A stretch of 64,000 nt of DNA, from positions 9,178,001 to 9,242,000 of the forward strand of contig CM059433.1 in NCBI GenBank assembly GCA_030390025.1, given 5' to 3'. A model generated the notes under the pieces. That model made no database searches, was not told where the DNA came from, and was given only the letters and a program-made list of their open reading frames with translations. The DNA is from Squalus acanthias (Eukaryota). Position numbers and translations under genes: made by a program. Positions 10,886 through 22,084 of this stretch are shown here, in pieces (the first letter of the stretch is position 1; the number at the start of each line of letters is the position of its first letter).

Positions 10886-12904
10886 TCCAAGGTCTAATTA
10901 TAATAATCTACCCAACTCATTATTGTGAATACAAACCTTGCTCTTATCACAGGAAACCATTTTCTCTCCATTGTATAAACATGTCATTATTCCTTGCATG
11001 TCTCACACCCACTCTCCATTTCGGTAACACCGACAATAACCCCAAATTGGGGATAATCTGCTCCAAACTGATCATTACCAGAAATCAGATTTCACTCCAT
11101 ATAGTGACCTTTAATCCAACAGATTCTCAGCAGCTGTGTGTGTTTTCCCCACGTTCATTGGGGCAGGGACTAAAGATTGAATAGATTATGTCTGTGAAAG
11201 TGTGAAGAAGGGATCAGTTATCTGTATTCTAATATTATACCCGTTCGCCCTCATAGTTCAGTATCACTCTGGTATTGCTCAGGTTCTCTCACAGGGCGAG
11301 AGGGGTAGAAGAAGGTGAATGAACAGCCCAAAATTCATTCCTGCTTTTCAGGGCAATAACTTAAAATCCACCTTTAGCTGTCACTGTGATACCTTCTTTC
11401 CTGATTGCCAATTTTCCCCACCTCTAAGTAGTGCCTGCCTGCCTGCCATGAAAAACTTCACCCTCAAGGACACAGGCACAGTAACCAAAGCTCTCCAGAA
11501 TGCCAGGGAGCTGCCACTCATCTCAGTCTCACACTGCTCAGGTCCTCAAACAGGGCTAGCTGAAGATGGACTGTGTTAGGGTTGAGAGTTAGAAAGGCTA
11601 CAGCTCGGCTGTGCCTGTCTATTCTCCAGACCATTGCTGAATATCGAATGACCAAAGTTCTAAAGAATTTAATTACGAACAGTTCTTGCAATAGTAAACA
11701 AATTGAACGTCTGATTAGAGAGTCAGTTTAATTTCAAATCTTCAAATTAAGGTCACAAGTCAAATTTTTGCAGTTACAATTCCAGAACTTGACATATACC
11801 AACAAACTGAAAGTGAGACAAGGCAGCCCACATGCCAAGTATCCAATCTCAACTTCTGTGTGTGTGGAAGCGACAGTAAGGATTTTTTTTTAAATAAACA
11901 AGTATCAGTCTTTCATGCTTCACATTGAACAGTTAAAATAACATCAATGACAGATCCCCAAGAGCGGGTTCCCTGCCTGCCCTCTTGGCCAGAGGTTTGC
12001 TTAATATGGGGCAACCTAAATTAAAATGGGAGCAAATAACTCAAAAGCTTTTTCTTAAAAAAGATTAAACACTTAGATGACCTAATCAGATGATCTTTTA
12101 ACAACAGTAGCAGTGGGGGATGGAGAGGGCTCTCCTAGTGTCCCTTTAACTCCAGTGCCTGGGTTTGAATCTAGTCCAGACCAGAAGGATAAAAGAAAAA
12201 CATATAGTAGATGCTTTTCTGTGGTTGGAGTTAAAAGTAACCATTAAACAGTGCCTTTGTTACTGATTTAAAAGTCTAATATTGCACTGGCACCGAGGGT
12301 GCTCAAATCGGATCCACAGTCTGCATTTACACCACAACTGTAGCATCAGGGTTTTGCATCATACTAATGTGTAAACTTCAGTATAGATCTAGAACCAAGG
12401 GCCAACCTGATTCAAACAAAGCAGAGGCTCTCCGGTTCATTCTGAAGACAGGTAGGACCCACTCTGGAGTTACGCATCTTCTTGGCATCGGTGCAAAGCG
12501 TGGTGTAAATGCAGGCCGGGTGGCAGAAATGAAACGTGTACCATTCCTAAACATGGGCATCCCTCACTTTTGTCAGCACAAAATCCACAAAAAAAATCCA
12601 TCATACTTTTGTAAATTAGAGTTCCACAATTAGACACTAGTCAGTGGCAAACAAGGTCCAGCTGCATTGGAGGATGCAGGGAGCAGAGTTTACCAGGCCA
12701 GGAGAGCAAACAAAGTAATTAAGGTACAGCCAGCAGAGGAGTGGGCAATTAGATGTTTAATGTAGGTCAGGCACAGATTTTTAGTACAAACCATTCAATG
12801 GTTGTGCCAAGTACATCTGGATTTCTGTTCCGAAAGGATGGGGACGTCTGCTGTGAAGTATTGCTTTAAAAAAATCAATGGGTTGAGACTAACATCACCA
12901 GTCA

Positions 12905-13856
12905 TCAACCATCTTCAGCTGCTTCATCAATGACCTTCCCTCCAACATAAGGTCAGAAATGGGGATGTTCGCTGATGACTGCAGTGTTCAGCGCCACTCA
13001 CAACTCCTCAGATAATGACGCAGTGCATGCCCGCATGCAACAAGACCTGGACGACGTTCAGGCTTGGGCTGATAAGTGGCAGGTAACATTCGCACCACAG
13101 AAGTGCCAGGCAATGACCATCTCCAACAAGCGAGAGTCTAACCACCGCCCCTTGACATTCAACGGCATTACCATTGCCGAATCCCCCACCATCAACATCC
13201 TGGGGGGTCACCATTGACCAGAAACTCAACTGGAACAGCCACATAAATACTGTGGCAACAAGAGCAGGTCAGAGGCTGGGTATTCTGTGGCGAGTGTCTC
13301 ACCTCCTGACTCCCCAAAGCCTTTCCACCATCAGGCACAAGTAAGGAGTGTGATGGAATACTCTCCACTTGCCTGGATGAGTGCAGTTCCAACAACACTC
13401 AAGAAGCTCGACACCATCCAGGACAAAGCAGCCCGCTTGATTGGCACCCCATCCACCACCTTAAACATTCACTCCCTCCACCACCGGCGTACCGTGGCTG
13501 CAGTGTGTACCATCTACAAGATGCACTGCAGCAACTCGCCAAGGCTTCTTCGGCAGCACCTCCCAAACCCGCGACCTCTTCCACCTAGAAGGACAAGGGC
13601 AACAGGCACATGGGAACACCACCACCTCCAAGTTCCCCTCCAAGTCACACACCATCCTGACTTACAAGTATATCGCCGATCCTTCATCGTCGCTGGGTCA
13701 AAATCCTGGAACTCCCTACCTAACAGCAATGTGAGTACCATCACCACACGGACTGCAGCGGTTCAAGGTGGCGGCTCACCACCCACCGCCTTCTCAAGGG
13801 CAATTAGAGATGGGCAATAAATGCTGGTTTTACCAGCGACGCCCACATCCCATAAA
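12905..13856 (+). mobile_element. CR1-group LINE 'family B' (single-ORF type), 5'-truncated 3' part
   Basis: GMFADD, QQDLDDVQAWADKWQVTFAPQKC, AQVRSVMEYSPLAW...LDTIQDKAARLIG; tail GGGCAATAAATGCTGG...GCCCACATCCC. Confidence 0.9.
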
Positions 13857-14416
13857 CATATTTTTTTTTAAATAACAAATTAGTTTTCAGGGAAAAATAC
13901 AAATAGGTGGTCACTGTTGATCATAGCTCTAGCTCTTCAAGTAGTTATAAACACTATAGTTTTAAATCTATATTGTATTAAATTTGCTATGTAGGTCACA
14001 CATTCCTTATTTGGGCATCATACCGGCAGCTGCAAATTTATATCACCAGATAGAGCTTCATAAGCTTCAGATGGAGCAGATTCCCATACCTACAGGAGTA
14101 TTAATGCATGGAGGAAAATTCACTTTGTCCTTACTTTCCATGGGCAAAGCCATGAGAAATCCACTAGCATATATAAAACAGCATTCACAAATGCTTTGTG
14201 TACAACACATTTCATAAGAGTAAAAGAAATATGTACATTTGTCCGACCCACACAATAGGAAGGCGCGTATTAACAGAATTAAAATAAACAAAATATTTTC
14301 TGAAAATCACAGGCAGAATCTTTGAAATATTTACATTCAAGTTAGGCATTGAAATACTTGGATCCCAATTTATAAAGAAACACATTCTCTTAGGCACATG
14401 TCCCTGGTCAAAACTA

Positions 14417-14451
<35 letters not shown>

Positions 14452-14469
14452 AGAGAGAGAACAGGTACA

Positions 14470-14686
14470 ATAAACGTAACAACTTCCATTTATATAGCAC
14501 CTTTAACATAGTAAAGACATCCCAAGGCACACAAGAGCATAATCAGACAAAAACTGACACCGAGCCAAGGAGGAGACATTAGGACAGGTGTCCAAAAGCT
14601 TGATCAAAGAGGTAGATTTTAAGGAGCATCTTAAAGGAGGAGAGGTTTAGGGAGGGAATTCCAGAGCTTAGGACCTAGGCAGCTGC
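14470..14686 (-). mobile_element. L2 LINE 3' end fragment
   Basis: Matches the 3' end of the L2 at 56765-57000 (TTTATATAGCACCTTTAAC...GACACCGAGCC...GGAATTCCAGAGCTTAGG). Confidence 0.8.
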
Positions 14687-14718
14687 ATTTCTCAACTTTC
14701 TTTAGAGTAGTTTTTCTC

Positions 14719-15217
14719 CTTCTATTTCTGTTTGTGCTGCCATCTCCATGTTTTGTAAACTGGAAAATGCTGCATGAGTAGTAAAGCTATTTTAATAAAA
14801 TATTCCTCAGTGACCACGACATTTCTTTTGGGTAGTCTTTCAGAGATTAGAAGAGGTGCTCGCTAGATCTGTCGTCAATATTTGCAAAGGAACATCCAGA
14901 GAGAAAATGTTAAAAAATCACTGGTGTAAATCACTGTTAAAATCCGTAACAACATTGAATGTTAAATCATTAATGGAGCAATTTTAATTACTGAAACATC
15001 AACTTTTTTTTTAAACTTCATTAAAAATGTGGAGACCTATCCTGTTCAGGCATTCTTAAAACACTAAGTTCTAACGCTTTTGTTTATACTGAAAATGACT
15101 GTTTAACTTCCCTTAAATTTGTATTGAATTGTATCTATCTACCAAACAAAACTTCAAACTGTGCAGCATTTTCCAGTTTACAAAACATGGAGATGGCAAC
15201 ACAAACAAAGATAGAAG
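14719..15217. repeat. 56-bp inverted repeat with a 387-bp spacer
   Basis: 14719-14774 is the reverse complement of 15162-15217 with 3 mismatches. Confidence 0.9.
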
Positions 15218-15361
15218 TAAATGTCAGCTGAAACACAGTTGATTCAAACCTAAATATAGGTTTGTGTTGATTAAAATATTTCATTTAAAAAACTGTTCTA
15301 GCAAACAAAGGCAAACCACACTAGAGCATTTACATTTAAAGTTGGAGTATTAACTCCCCCC

Positions 15362-15625
15362 ATTGGCTTAGTTGGTAACGGAGCTGCACAGACCAGAAAG
15401 CTCTTGGGCACAATCCCCAATCTTTACGGAGTTCACAGTAGCAGTGCTGCAATTGGCTAAGGGAGGGGAAAACAAATCAGTCCGAACTCCCATTCCTGAA
15501 TGCAACCCCAACTGGAAACTGCACACAGTGGGTGGGTCAGAATCATTTGTAATTCCATACCCCCCACCCCCACCAATCCAACATCCTGCCACATGAAGAA
15601 TACCTATTAGAGGGAATTAGCACAG
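15362..15625 (+). mobile_element. Ancient tRNA-SINE, AmnSINE2-like
   Basis: TGGCTTAGTTGG A box; GCTGCAATTGG...GGGAGGGGAAAA..ATCAG..CCTGA and CACATGAAGAAT motifs. Recognised from memory of the consensus. Confidence 0.55.
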
Positions 15626-16039
15626 GAAACTGACATATATGGATCTAAACCTCAGCATGAAAAAAGAAATAAAACACACACTATAGTACTGTAATCCATA
15701 ATTACTATAAAAATACTATTTTATACTTAACATACTGGGCCACTTTCCAATTTACCTCTGCTGACAACACAAATACCAGTATTGCCTATCAAGCTCAAAC
15801 ACAAACAGATGAAAGAACATGATTTTTTTTTAATTCCACTAATGACAATAGAAGACAGGATGATGCGCTTTTCTTTCCAGATACTTGTGTTTGGATAGAT
15901 AGTTTTTTTAAACCACTTGTTCAATGATTCTTTTAAGTTCTCTCACATTTGTTTGTTCTCATTATTTCTCGTCACCAGTCCCATTTTAAGTCACTCTCAT
16001 CCCAAATTGTGTGGATTTAAAAAAAAATGATTTTCCATT

Positions 16040-16382
16040 TCCTCCACTATTCCCCCCTCCTCAACAGCGCCAATCACCCTCCAGCACTTATCCCAAATGG
16101 TCACTCATCATGTGATTCATTGAATGTCATCAGGCTATTTGACTGTAGGGGGCAGAAGAGCCAAGTCCAATCCTGTCCTCGCTGAACGTTAATGCAACTT
16201 TCTAGCAAAGGTCGCTGGATGGCAATCGGGAGAGGGAACCTTAGACAAATTTTCCTTCCCCAATTAAAAGGGTGCTGAAGCCAGCTTGGCTAACATCAGT
16301 TAACTCAACACAGACCAAAGATAAAACCTAAAATCCTCAAAATCTATGTCACTCAATTATTCACTATCTTAACAAGCTGAGT
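16040..16382 (-). mobile_element. Ancient tRNA-SINE, AmnSINE2-like (inverted relative to the 15362 copy)
   Basis: Reverse strand reads TCTGTGTTGAGTTAACTGATGTTAGCC...GGTTCCCTCTCCCGATTGCCATCCAGCGACC...GAGGACAGGATTGGACTTGGCT...CAAATAGCCTG. Confidence 0.6.
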
Positions 16383-16477
16383 CTACATTCTATTCAAGTT
16401 GTTTCAGCGAAACACGAGATGATGGCGATGACTGTTTTTTATATTTCCAATTTTTTTAAATTTCCAATTTTTTTTAA

Positions 16478-16800
16478 ATGAGAATTTGAATTCAGTTTTA
16501 AAAAACTGAAAATTAAATAAACCCGGTATCAGTAAAAGTGACCATGAAGCTGTTGGATTGTCAAAAAAACTCAACTGCTTCACTAATGTCCTTTATGGAA
16601 GCAAACCTGCCACTCTTACCCGGTCTGGCCTATATGCGACTCCAGTCCTGCACCAACATAGTTGACTTTTAATTGCCGTCAAGTGGCCTAGAAAGCAGCA
16701 CAGTTGTAGCAAAACACTAGCGGTACAAGGCGGTGGCTCACCACCACCTTCTCAAGGATGGGCAATAAACGCCAGCCTTGCCTACATCCCAAAAATGAAT
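16478..16800 (+). mobile_element. Bipartite SINE of the 45423 family, 5'-truncated
   Basis: Shared body GTGACCATGAAGCTGTTGGATTGT...GTCTGGCCTA and the family-B LINE tail CACCACCTTCTCAAGG...GGGCAATAAA. Confidence 0.75.
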
Positions 16801-16849
16801 TTTAAAAAAGACTGGCCGAAGCCATTGGTGCTGGGCTACTTTGTAATAT

Positions 16850-17040
16850 GCCGGAAATCAGGTGCAGTTACAATGGTCCACAAACCAGGAAAAAACTTGA
16901 CCGACTCTAGCAATTACCAGTCAATCAGCCTGCCGAGCTGCCTAGGAAACCCAGCTGCATAAGTGAAGGACTACTTCAATGCAAATAAGAGGATAGAACC
17001 CACTTTTGCAACACTGCACGGTCTTCAGGGCTGCAGACCT
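16850..17040 (+). mobile_element. Ancient I/Jockey-group LINE RT remnant
   Basis: Translates to GAVTMVHKPGKNLTDSSNYQSISLPSCLG, resembling the (I)PKPGK...NYRPISLLSCLGK motif. Confidence 0.5.
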
Positions 17041-17570
17041 TAGTAACATTCAATCAGAGCAATTTAGCTGAGTCAATGGCATTGAAATCCACACATCTGT
17101 CAGAGCAGATGGTTATAAATTCCATAATGTATCTGATAGAAAAAAAGGCTGCCTTAGCAAGCTCCCAATGTGAGTAACAGTAGTAGAGACTCACAGGTGG
17201 ACGTGTCAGGAGCAGAGAAACAAAGGAGCAAAGCGAGGAGCAAAAATGTAGATGGGGAAGATGATGCAAGACCAAGCCAGGCAATCGAAGAGGATGTTGA
17301 GCAAGCCAGGAAGAACAAAAAGGTTGAGACACAGTCTTAGTGTGAGGAGAGTTTATACGTTTAGTATATGGCAGCATGGATTTTTAGTTGGGGGGGGGTC
17401 TGCTTGGAATTCTTATTCAGTAGTTATGCCTTGTGGAGCCACCCACCTGTTCCAAAAGTTTGGACACATCTGGCATAAAGTATGCTACTAATATGCTAAA
17501 GTTACCCGAAGCATCCAAATTCTGTTGCTCTGAACTGAACTTTTGCAATAGGAACAGGTCATCAACCTTT

Positions 17571-18062
17571 AGTGTCAGCTGTGGCTGAGTGGGTGGCACT
17601 CTTACCTCTGAGTCAGAAGGTTGTGGGTTCAAGTCCCACTCCAGAGATTTGAGCACAAAAATCTAGGCTGACAATCCAGTGCAGTGCTGAGGCAGTGCTG
17701 CACTGTTGGAGATGCCATCTATCGGATGTGACATGAAACAGAGTCCCTGTCTGCTCTCTCGGGTGGACGTAAAAGATCCCATGGCACGATTTCGAACAAG
17801 AGCAGGTGCATTATCCCCGGTGTCCTGACCAATATTTATTCCTCAATCGACATCGCTAAAACAGATGATCTGGTCATTATCAGGTTGCTGTTTGTGGGAG
17901 CTTGCTGTGCGCAAATTGGCTGCCACGTTTCCTACATTACAACAGAGACTACACTTCAAAAAGTATTGGCTTTTAATACTTTTAATTGGCTTTAGAGCGC
18001 TTTGGGACATCCGGTGGTGGTGAAAGGCGCTATAGAAATGCAAGACTTTTCTTTTTTGTCTT
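17571..18062 (+). mobile_element. DeuSINE (SacSINE1/AmnSINE1-like), full length
   Basis: tRNA head (TGGCTGAGTGG, GGTTCAAGTCC); Deu-domain GGACGTAAAAGATCCCATGGCAC...TTGTGGGAGCTTGCTGTGCGCAAATTGGCTGCC; L2-like tail AAAGGCGCTATAGAAATGCAAG. Confidence 0.88.
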
Positions 18063-18081
18063 TTCTTTTCCCTTAAATAAT

Positions 18082-18818
18082 GGCCCAAAAATTAGTCCCG
18101 CGACGCGAGAGTACGCAGTGCGTACTCTCGCGTATTCTGTCTCCAATTGCCGGTTTTCTGCATGCACTGCGCATGCGCTGAAAACCGGCACTTGGTTTTT
18201 GGAAAAGGGGGCGGTTCCTCGGTGCACCGCGTGCGCGCTACAGGCTGCGCGCACGCTGTGCACTTAGTGCTTTGGACGCGCAGGTAAGGACGGAAGATTT
18301 TAGAAATGAAAAAAGGAGTAAGACCCACTTTTAACAAGGTAAGTAGTGAATTAAGTATTATTTTGAATTTTTTTTAACAGGTATATCTTTTTTAGAGACT
18401 TTAAAGACAGGTACGTTTATTTTTATAACTTTTTAAAAGATTTTAAATTTTTTCAAAAATTTAATTTATTTAAAATGGTTAATTTAATTAACTATACTTA
18501 TTTTATTAATGTGATGGTTTTTTTTTTAATTTAATTGAGGTTTAGCTGTTATTTTGGGGGGGTGTAAGATTCATAGCTTTCACAGCACTTATGTGAAACT
18601 TATGAATGGAAGATGGTGTGCTGCCATTGGCTCTAACTGAGTCACGTGATCCCACAGCTCGCACGAATTCACTACGCTGGTGGGATACGCAAGCACTGCC
18701 CAGCTGATGTCTAGAACATCAAGTTCGTGAGAGCTGGATCTGAAAAAGCCAACGCGGAGTGAGAGATCGCGGGGAAGCCTTACCCCCGCGTCAACACTCG
18801 GTCTTTAATTTCTGGGCC
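18082..18818. mobile_element. Non-autonomous Harbinger-type MITE, copy 2
   Basis: TIRs GGCCCAAAAATTA and TAATTTCTGGGCC; 3-bp TSD AAT (18079-18081 and 18819-18821); collinear with 6746-7505. Confidence 0.85.
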
Positions 18819-20247
18819 AATGTATTCTAAAAAATTATCTAATTGCTTGACCATTTTTTAAATGCATTATTCACCCACAAAATAACACCAGCAATTTACA
18901 GATCAACTTTCAAAATACACTGAATTTTTAGAATGTACAAAATAACTTGCACTTACACAGAGCCATTAGTGTAGTGAAATGTCCCAAGGCACTGCACAGA
19001 GGAAAGGAATTGACCAAAGCAGGCAGTATATGTGAGGGAAGAGTACATCTTCCTTACACTTATCTGTGAAGTGCTTTGGGCTTCAAGTTAAAGGTGCTAT
19101 ATAAATGCACAAAGAGATAGAGTTTAAGGTTTTTGAAGATGTATCATGTTTAGGAAGCAAATTCCATGGAGATCTGATGGCTGAAGGTTCTGGTAGAGAT
19201 GGAGCCAGGAGGAAATCTCACCGTAGACCAGAGCTGGAAGGGCAGAGGGTGAAAACTGGTACATAGGAATGGATCAGGGTGTGGCAAGACCATGTAGGCA
19301 TTTGTAATGAAAGACAAAAAGCTTTCTACCCAATTAAGATAGTGCTAGCAAATACAATACTGACATTCCCAAGCACCACTTTCAGTTCCCCACCTTCATT
19401 TGGAACTAGCCCTACATTCTGAAACCATTTGCTACAATTTGTGCCCCACTGGTCTTTCTCTTACTAGATTCCCTACCCCCTGCCCATCACCATGTGATAA
19501 TCCATCAATCTTCATGCATCTAAACTCACCATAAGACCAGGAATGAAAAACTGCAAAAACCATTATTGTTCTTCCTGCACGTATCCATGGAAAATCCAGT
19601 TTTATCACTAGTTTCGTATAAAACAAATAGAATATTGTGATGACGCCATTCGTAAACAGGAAACACATCTGATGTTATTTTCCCAAAAAGATATAATTTA
19701 GTTGAGTCTGCCCATTGGATAAATAAGTCCTTGATGTGCATTCTACAATAGACGGGTAGTACGTCCTCAATTACACCAAAGTCGCCCTTTACAAGATGGT
19801 GCGTTAGAAAAATCTACAGCTTCACGATCGCAGCTGCCTAGTTTGAATCGATTCCTCAGGTTGCCCGGACAGAAAAACAAAACCAATTAGATTTGCGTTT
19901 ATTACCACGGTTGGAGGGACCAGCTGGAATTTCCTTTTTTGTTTTTGTTTGTTCTCAGGAAGGATGGCTTATACTAAATATATTTATTTAGAAGAAAAAA
20001 ATGAACGACACTCCCTTAAAAAAATCCGATTCCCTACAATCATTTTATTCCAAAAGGAGGTAATTACACCAACAACGAGTAAAAGCAAATAGAGCAAATC
20101 ATATTCCAAACATGTAACAATTAGAGGAGCCGTCAGGTACATAATTAGGCGGATGCACCTGCTGCTGCTTTCTCGTCCAGGTTGATGAGGCTTCGCTGCT
20201 TCCTCTCAGCAACCGGTCCGCAAATCTGCTCACCATCCAGCGGAGCG

Positions 20248-21751
20248 GCTGATCCCCCGGGTCCCTCAATCAATGAGCTGATTCCCCGGGTCCCTCACAA
20301 TCAATGAGCTGATTCCCCGGGTCCCTCAATCAATGAGCTGATTCCCCGGGTCCCTCAATCAATGAGCTGATCCCCCGGGTCCCTCAATCAATGAGCCGAT
20401 TCCCCGGGTCCCTCAATCAATGAGCTGATCCCCCGGGTCCCTCAATCAATGAGCTGATTCCCCGGGTCCCTCACAATCAATGAGCTGATTCCCCGGGTCC
20501 CTCAATCAATGAGCTGATCCCCGGGTCCCTCACAATCAATGAGCTGATTCCCCGGGTCCCTCACAATCAATGAGCTGATTCCCCGGGTCCCTCAATCAAT
20601 GAGCTGATCCCCCGGGTCCCTCAATCAATGAGCTGATTCCCCGGGTCCCTCAATCAATGAGCTGATTCCCCGGGTCCCTCAATCAATGAGCTGATTCCCC
20701 GGGTCCCTCAATCAATGAGCTGATCCCCCGGGTCCCTCAATCAATGAGCTGATCCCCCGGGTCCCTCAATCAATGAGCTGATTCCCCGGGTCCCTCAATC
20801 AATGAGCTGATTCCCCGGGTCCCTCAATCAATGAGCTGATCCCCCGGGTCCCTCAATCAATGAGCTGATTCCCCGGGTCCCTCAATCAATGAGCTGATTC
20901 CCCGGGTCCCTCAATCAATGAGCTGATCCCCCGGGTCCCTCAATCAATGAGCTGATTCCCCGGGTCCCTCAATCAATGAGCTGATTCCCCGGGTCCCTCA
21001 ATCAATGAGCTGATTCCCCGGGTCCCTCACAATCAATGAGCTGATCCCCCGGGTCCCTCAATCAATGAGCTGGTCCCTCAATCAATGAGCTGATCCCCCG
21101 GGTCCCTCAATCAATGAGCTGATTCCCCGGGTCCCTCAATCAATGAGCTGATCCCCCGGGTCCCTCAATCAATGAGCTGATTCCCCGGGTCCCTCACAAT
21201 CAATGAGCTGATCCCCCGGGTCCCTCAATCAATGAGCTGATTCCCCGGGTCCCTCAATCAATGAGCTGATTCCCCGGGTCCCTCAATCAATGAGCTGATT
21301 CCCCGGGTCCCTCAATCAATGAGCTGATCCCCCGGGTCCCTCACAATCAATGAGCTGATCCCCCGGGTCCCTCAATCAATGAGCTGATCCCCCAGGTCCC
21401 TCAATCAATCAATGAGCTGATTCCCCGGGTCCCTCAATCAATGAGCTGATCCCCCGGGTCCCTCAATCAATGAGCTGGTCCCCCGGGTCCCTCAATCAAT
21501 GAGCTGATCCCCCGGGTCCCTCACAATCAATGAGCTGATCCCCCGGGTCCCTCACAATCAATGAGCTGATCCCCCGGGTCCCTCACAATCAATGAGCTGA
21601 TCCCCCGGGTCCCTCAATCAATGAGCTGATTCCCCGGGTCCCTCAATCAATGAGCTGATCCCCCGGGTCCCTCACAATCAATGAGCTGATTCCCCGGGTC
21701 CCTCAATCAATGAGCTGATTCCCCGGGTCCCTCTCCACACAATCAATGAGC
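20248..21751. repeat. Minisatellite A, 29/31-bp unit GGTCCCTC(AC)AATCAATGAGCTGAT(T/C)CCCCG, about 51 copies
   Basis: Read directly. Variants are a T/C site, an AC insertion and one shortened unit near 21070. Confidence 0.98.
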
Positions 21752-22084
21752 CTCAGGCAGCGAAGGGTCGGCGGCAGGAAAGTGCGCGGGCCCCGGGGGA
21801 AGAGGCCGGCCCGCGGATCCCCCACTAACCGCCAGCCGCCTCTTCACCACAAAACACAATCAACACAAGACGTCAGCCTTTCAACCCTCACTCAACAAAG
21901 GCTCGGGTTTACTCACCCACTTCTTTTTTTAATATAAAACGCCGCTCCTCAGGCCGAAGCTCCAATGTGGTTATTGATATCTATTTGTTTTCTCTATTGT
22001 GATGGTGACGGCGGCATCGCCCGGGCGGCCATTTTACCGCGAACCGACAGACGGTCACGTGCCCCCCCCGCTTGACGTCACGGA
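21752..22084 (-). promoter_or_regulatory. Small CpG-island promoter with CRE, E-box and YY1-type initiator motif
   Basis: CpG-dense. TGACGTCA at 22073-22080, GTCACGTG at 22054-22061, AAAATGGCCG on the minus strand at 22026-22035, followed on the minus strand by a consensus donor. Confidence 0.75.
21917..22045 (-). other. Probable non-coding first exon of a minus-strand gene (KIDINS220 suspected from synteny only)
   Basis: Ends in GAAGTGG|GTGAGT (GT at 21916-21915) and contains only a short uORF (MAARAMPPSPSQ*). KIDINS220 follows MBOAT2 on the same strand in human. No KIDINS220 coding exon was found in the window; the TSS is approximate. Confidence 0.55.

Noticed and set aside
12317..12343. 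About 25-bp inverted match to 55020-55045 (CTGCATTTACACCACAACTGTAGC)
   Set aside because: Probably two remnants of an old interspersed repeat; too short and distant to imply pairing.
15756..15785. Possible 30-nt minus-strand micro-exon (TAG|GCAATACTGG...GCAGAG|GTAAAT)
   Set aside because: Splice sites are only moderate and no frame resembles a known protein; expected by chance in a long intron.
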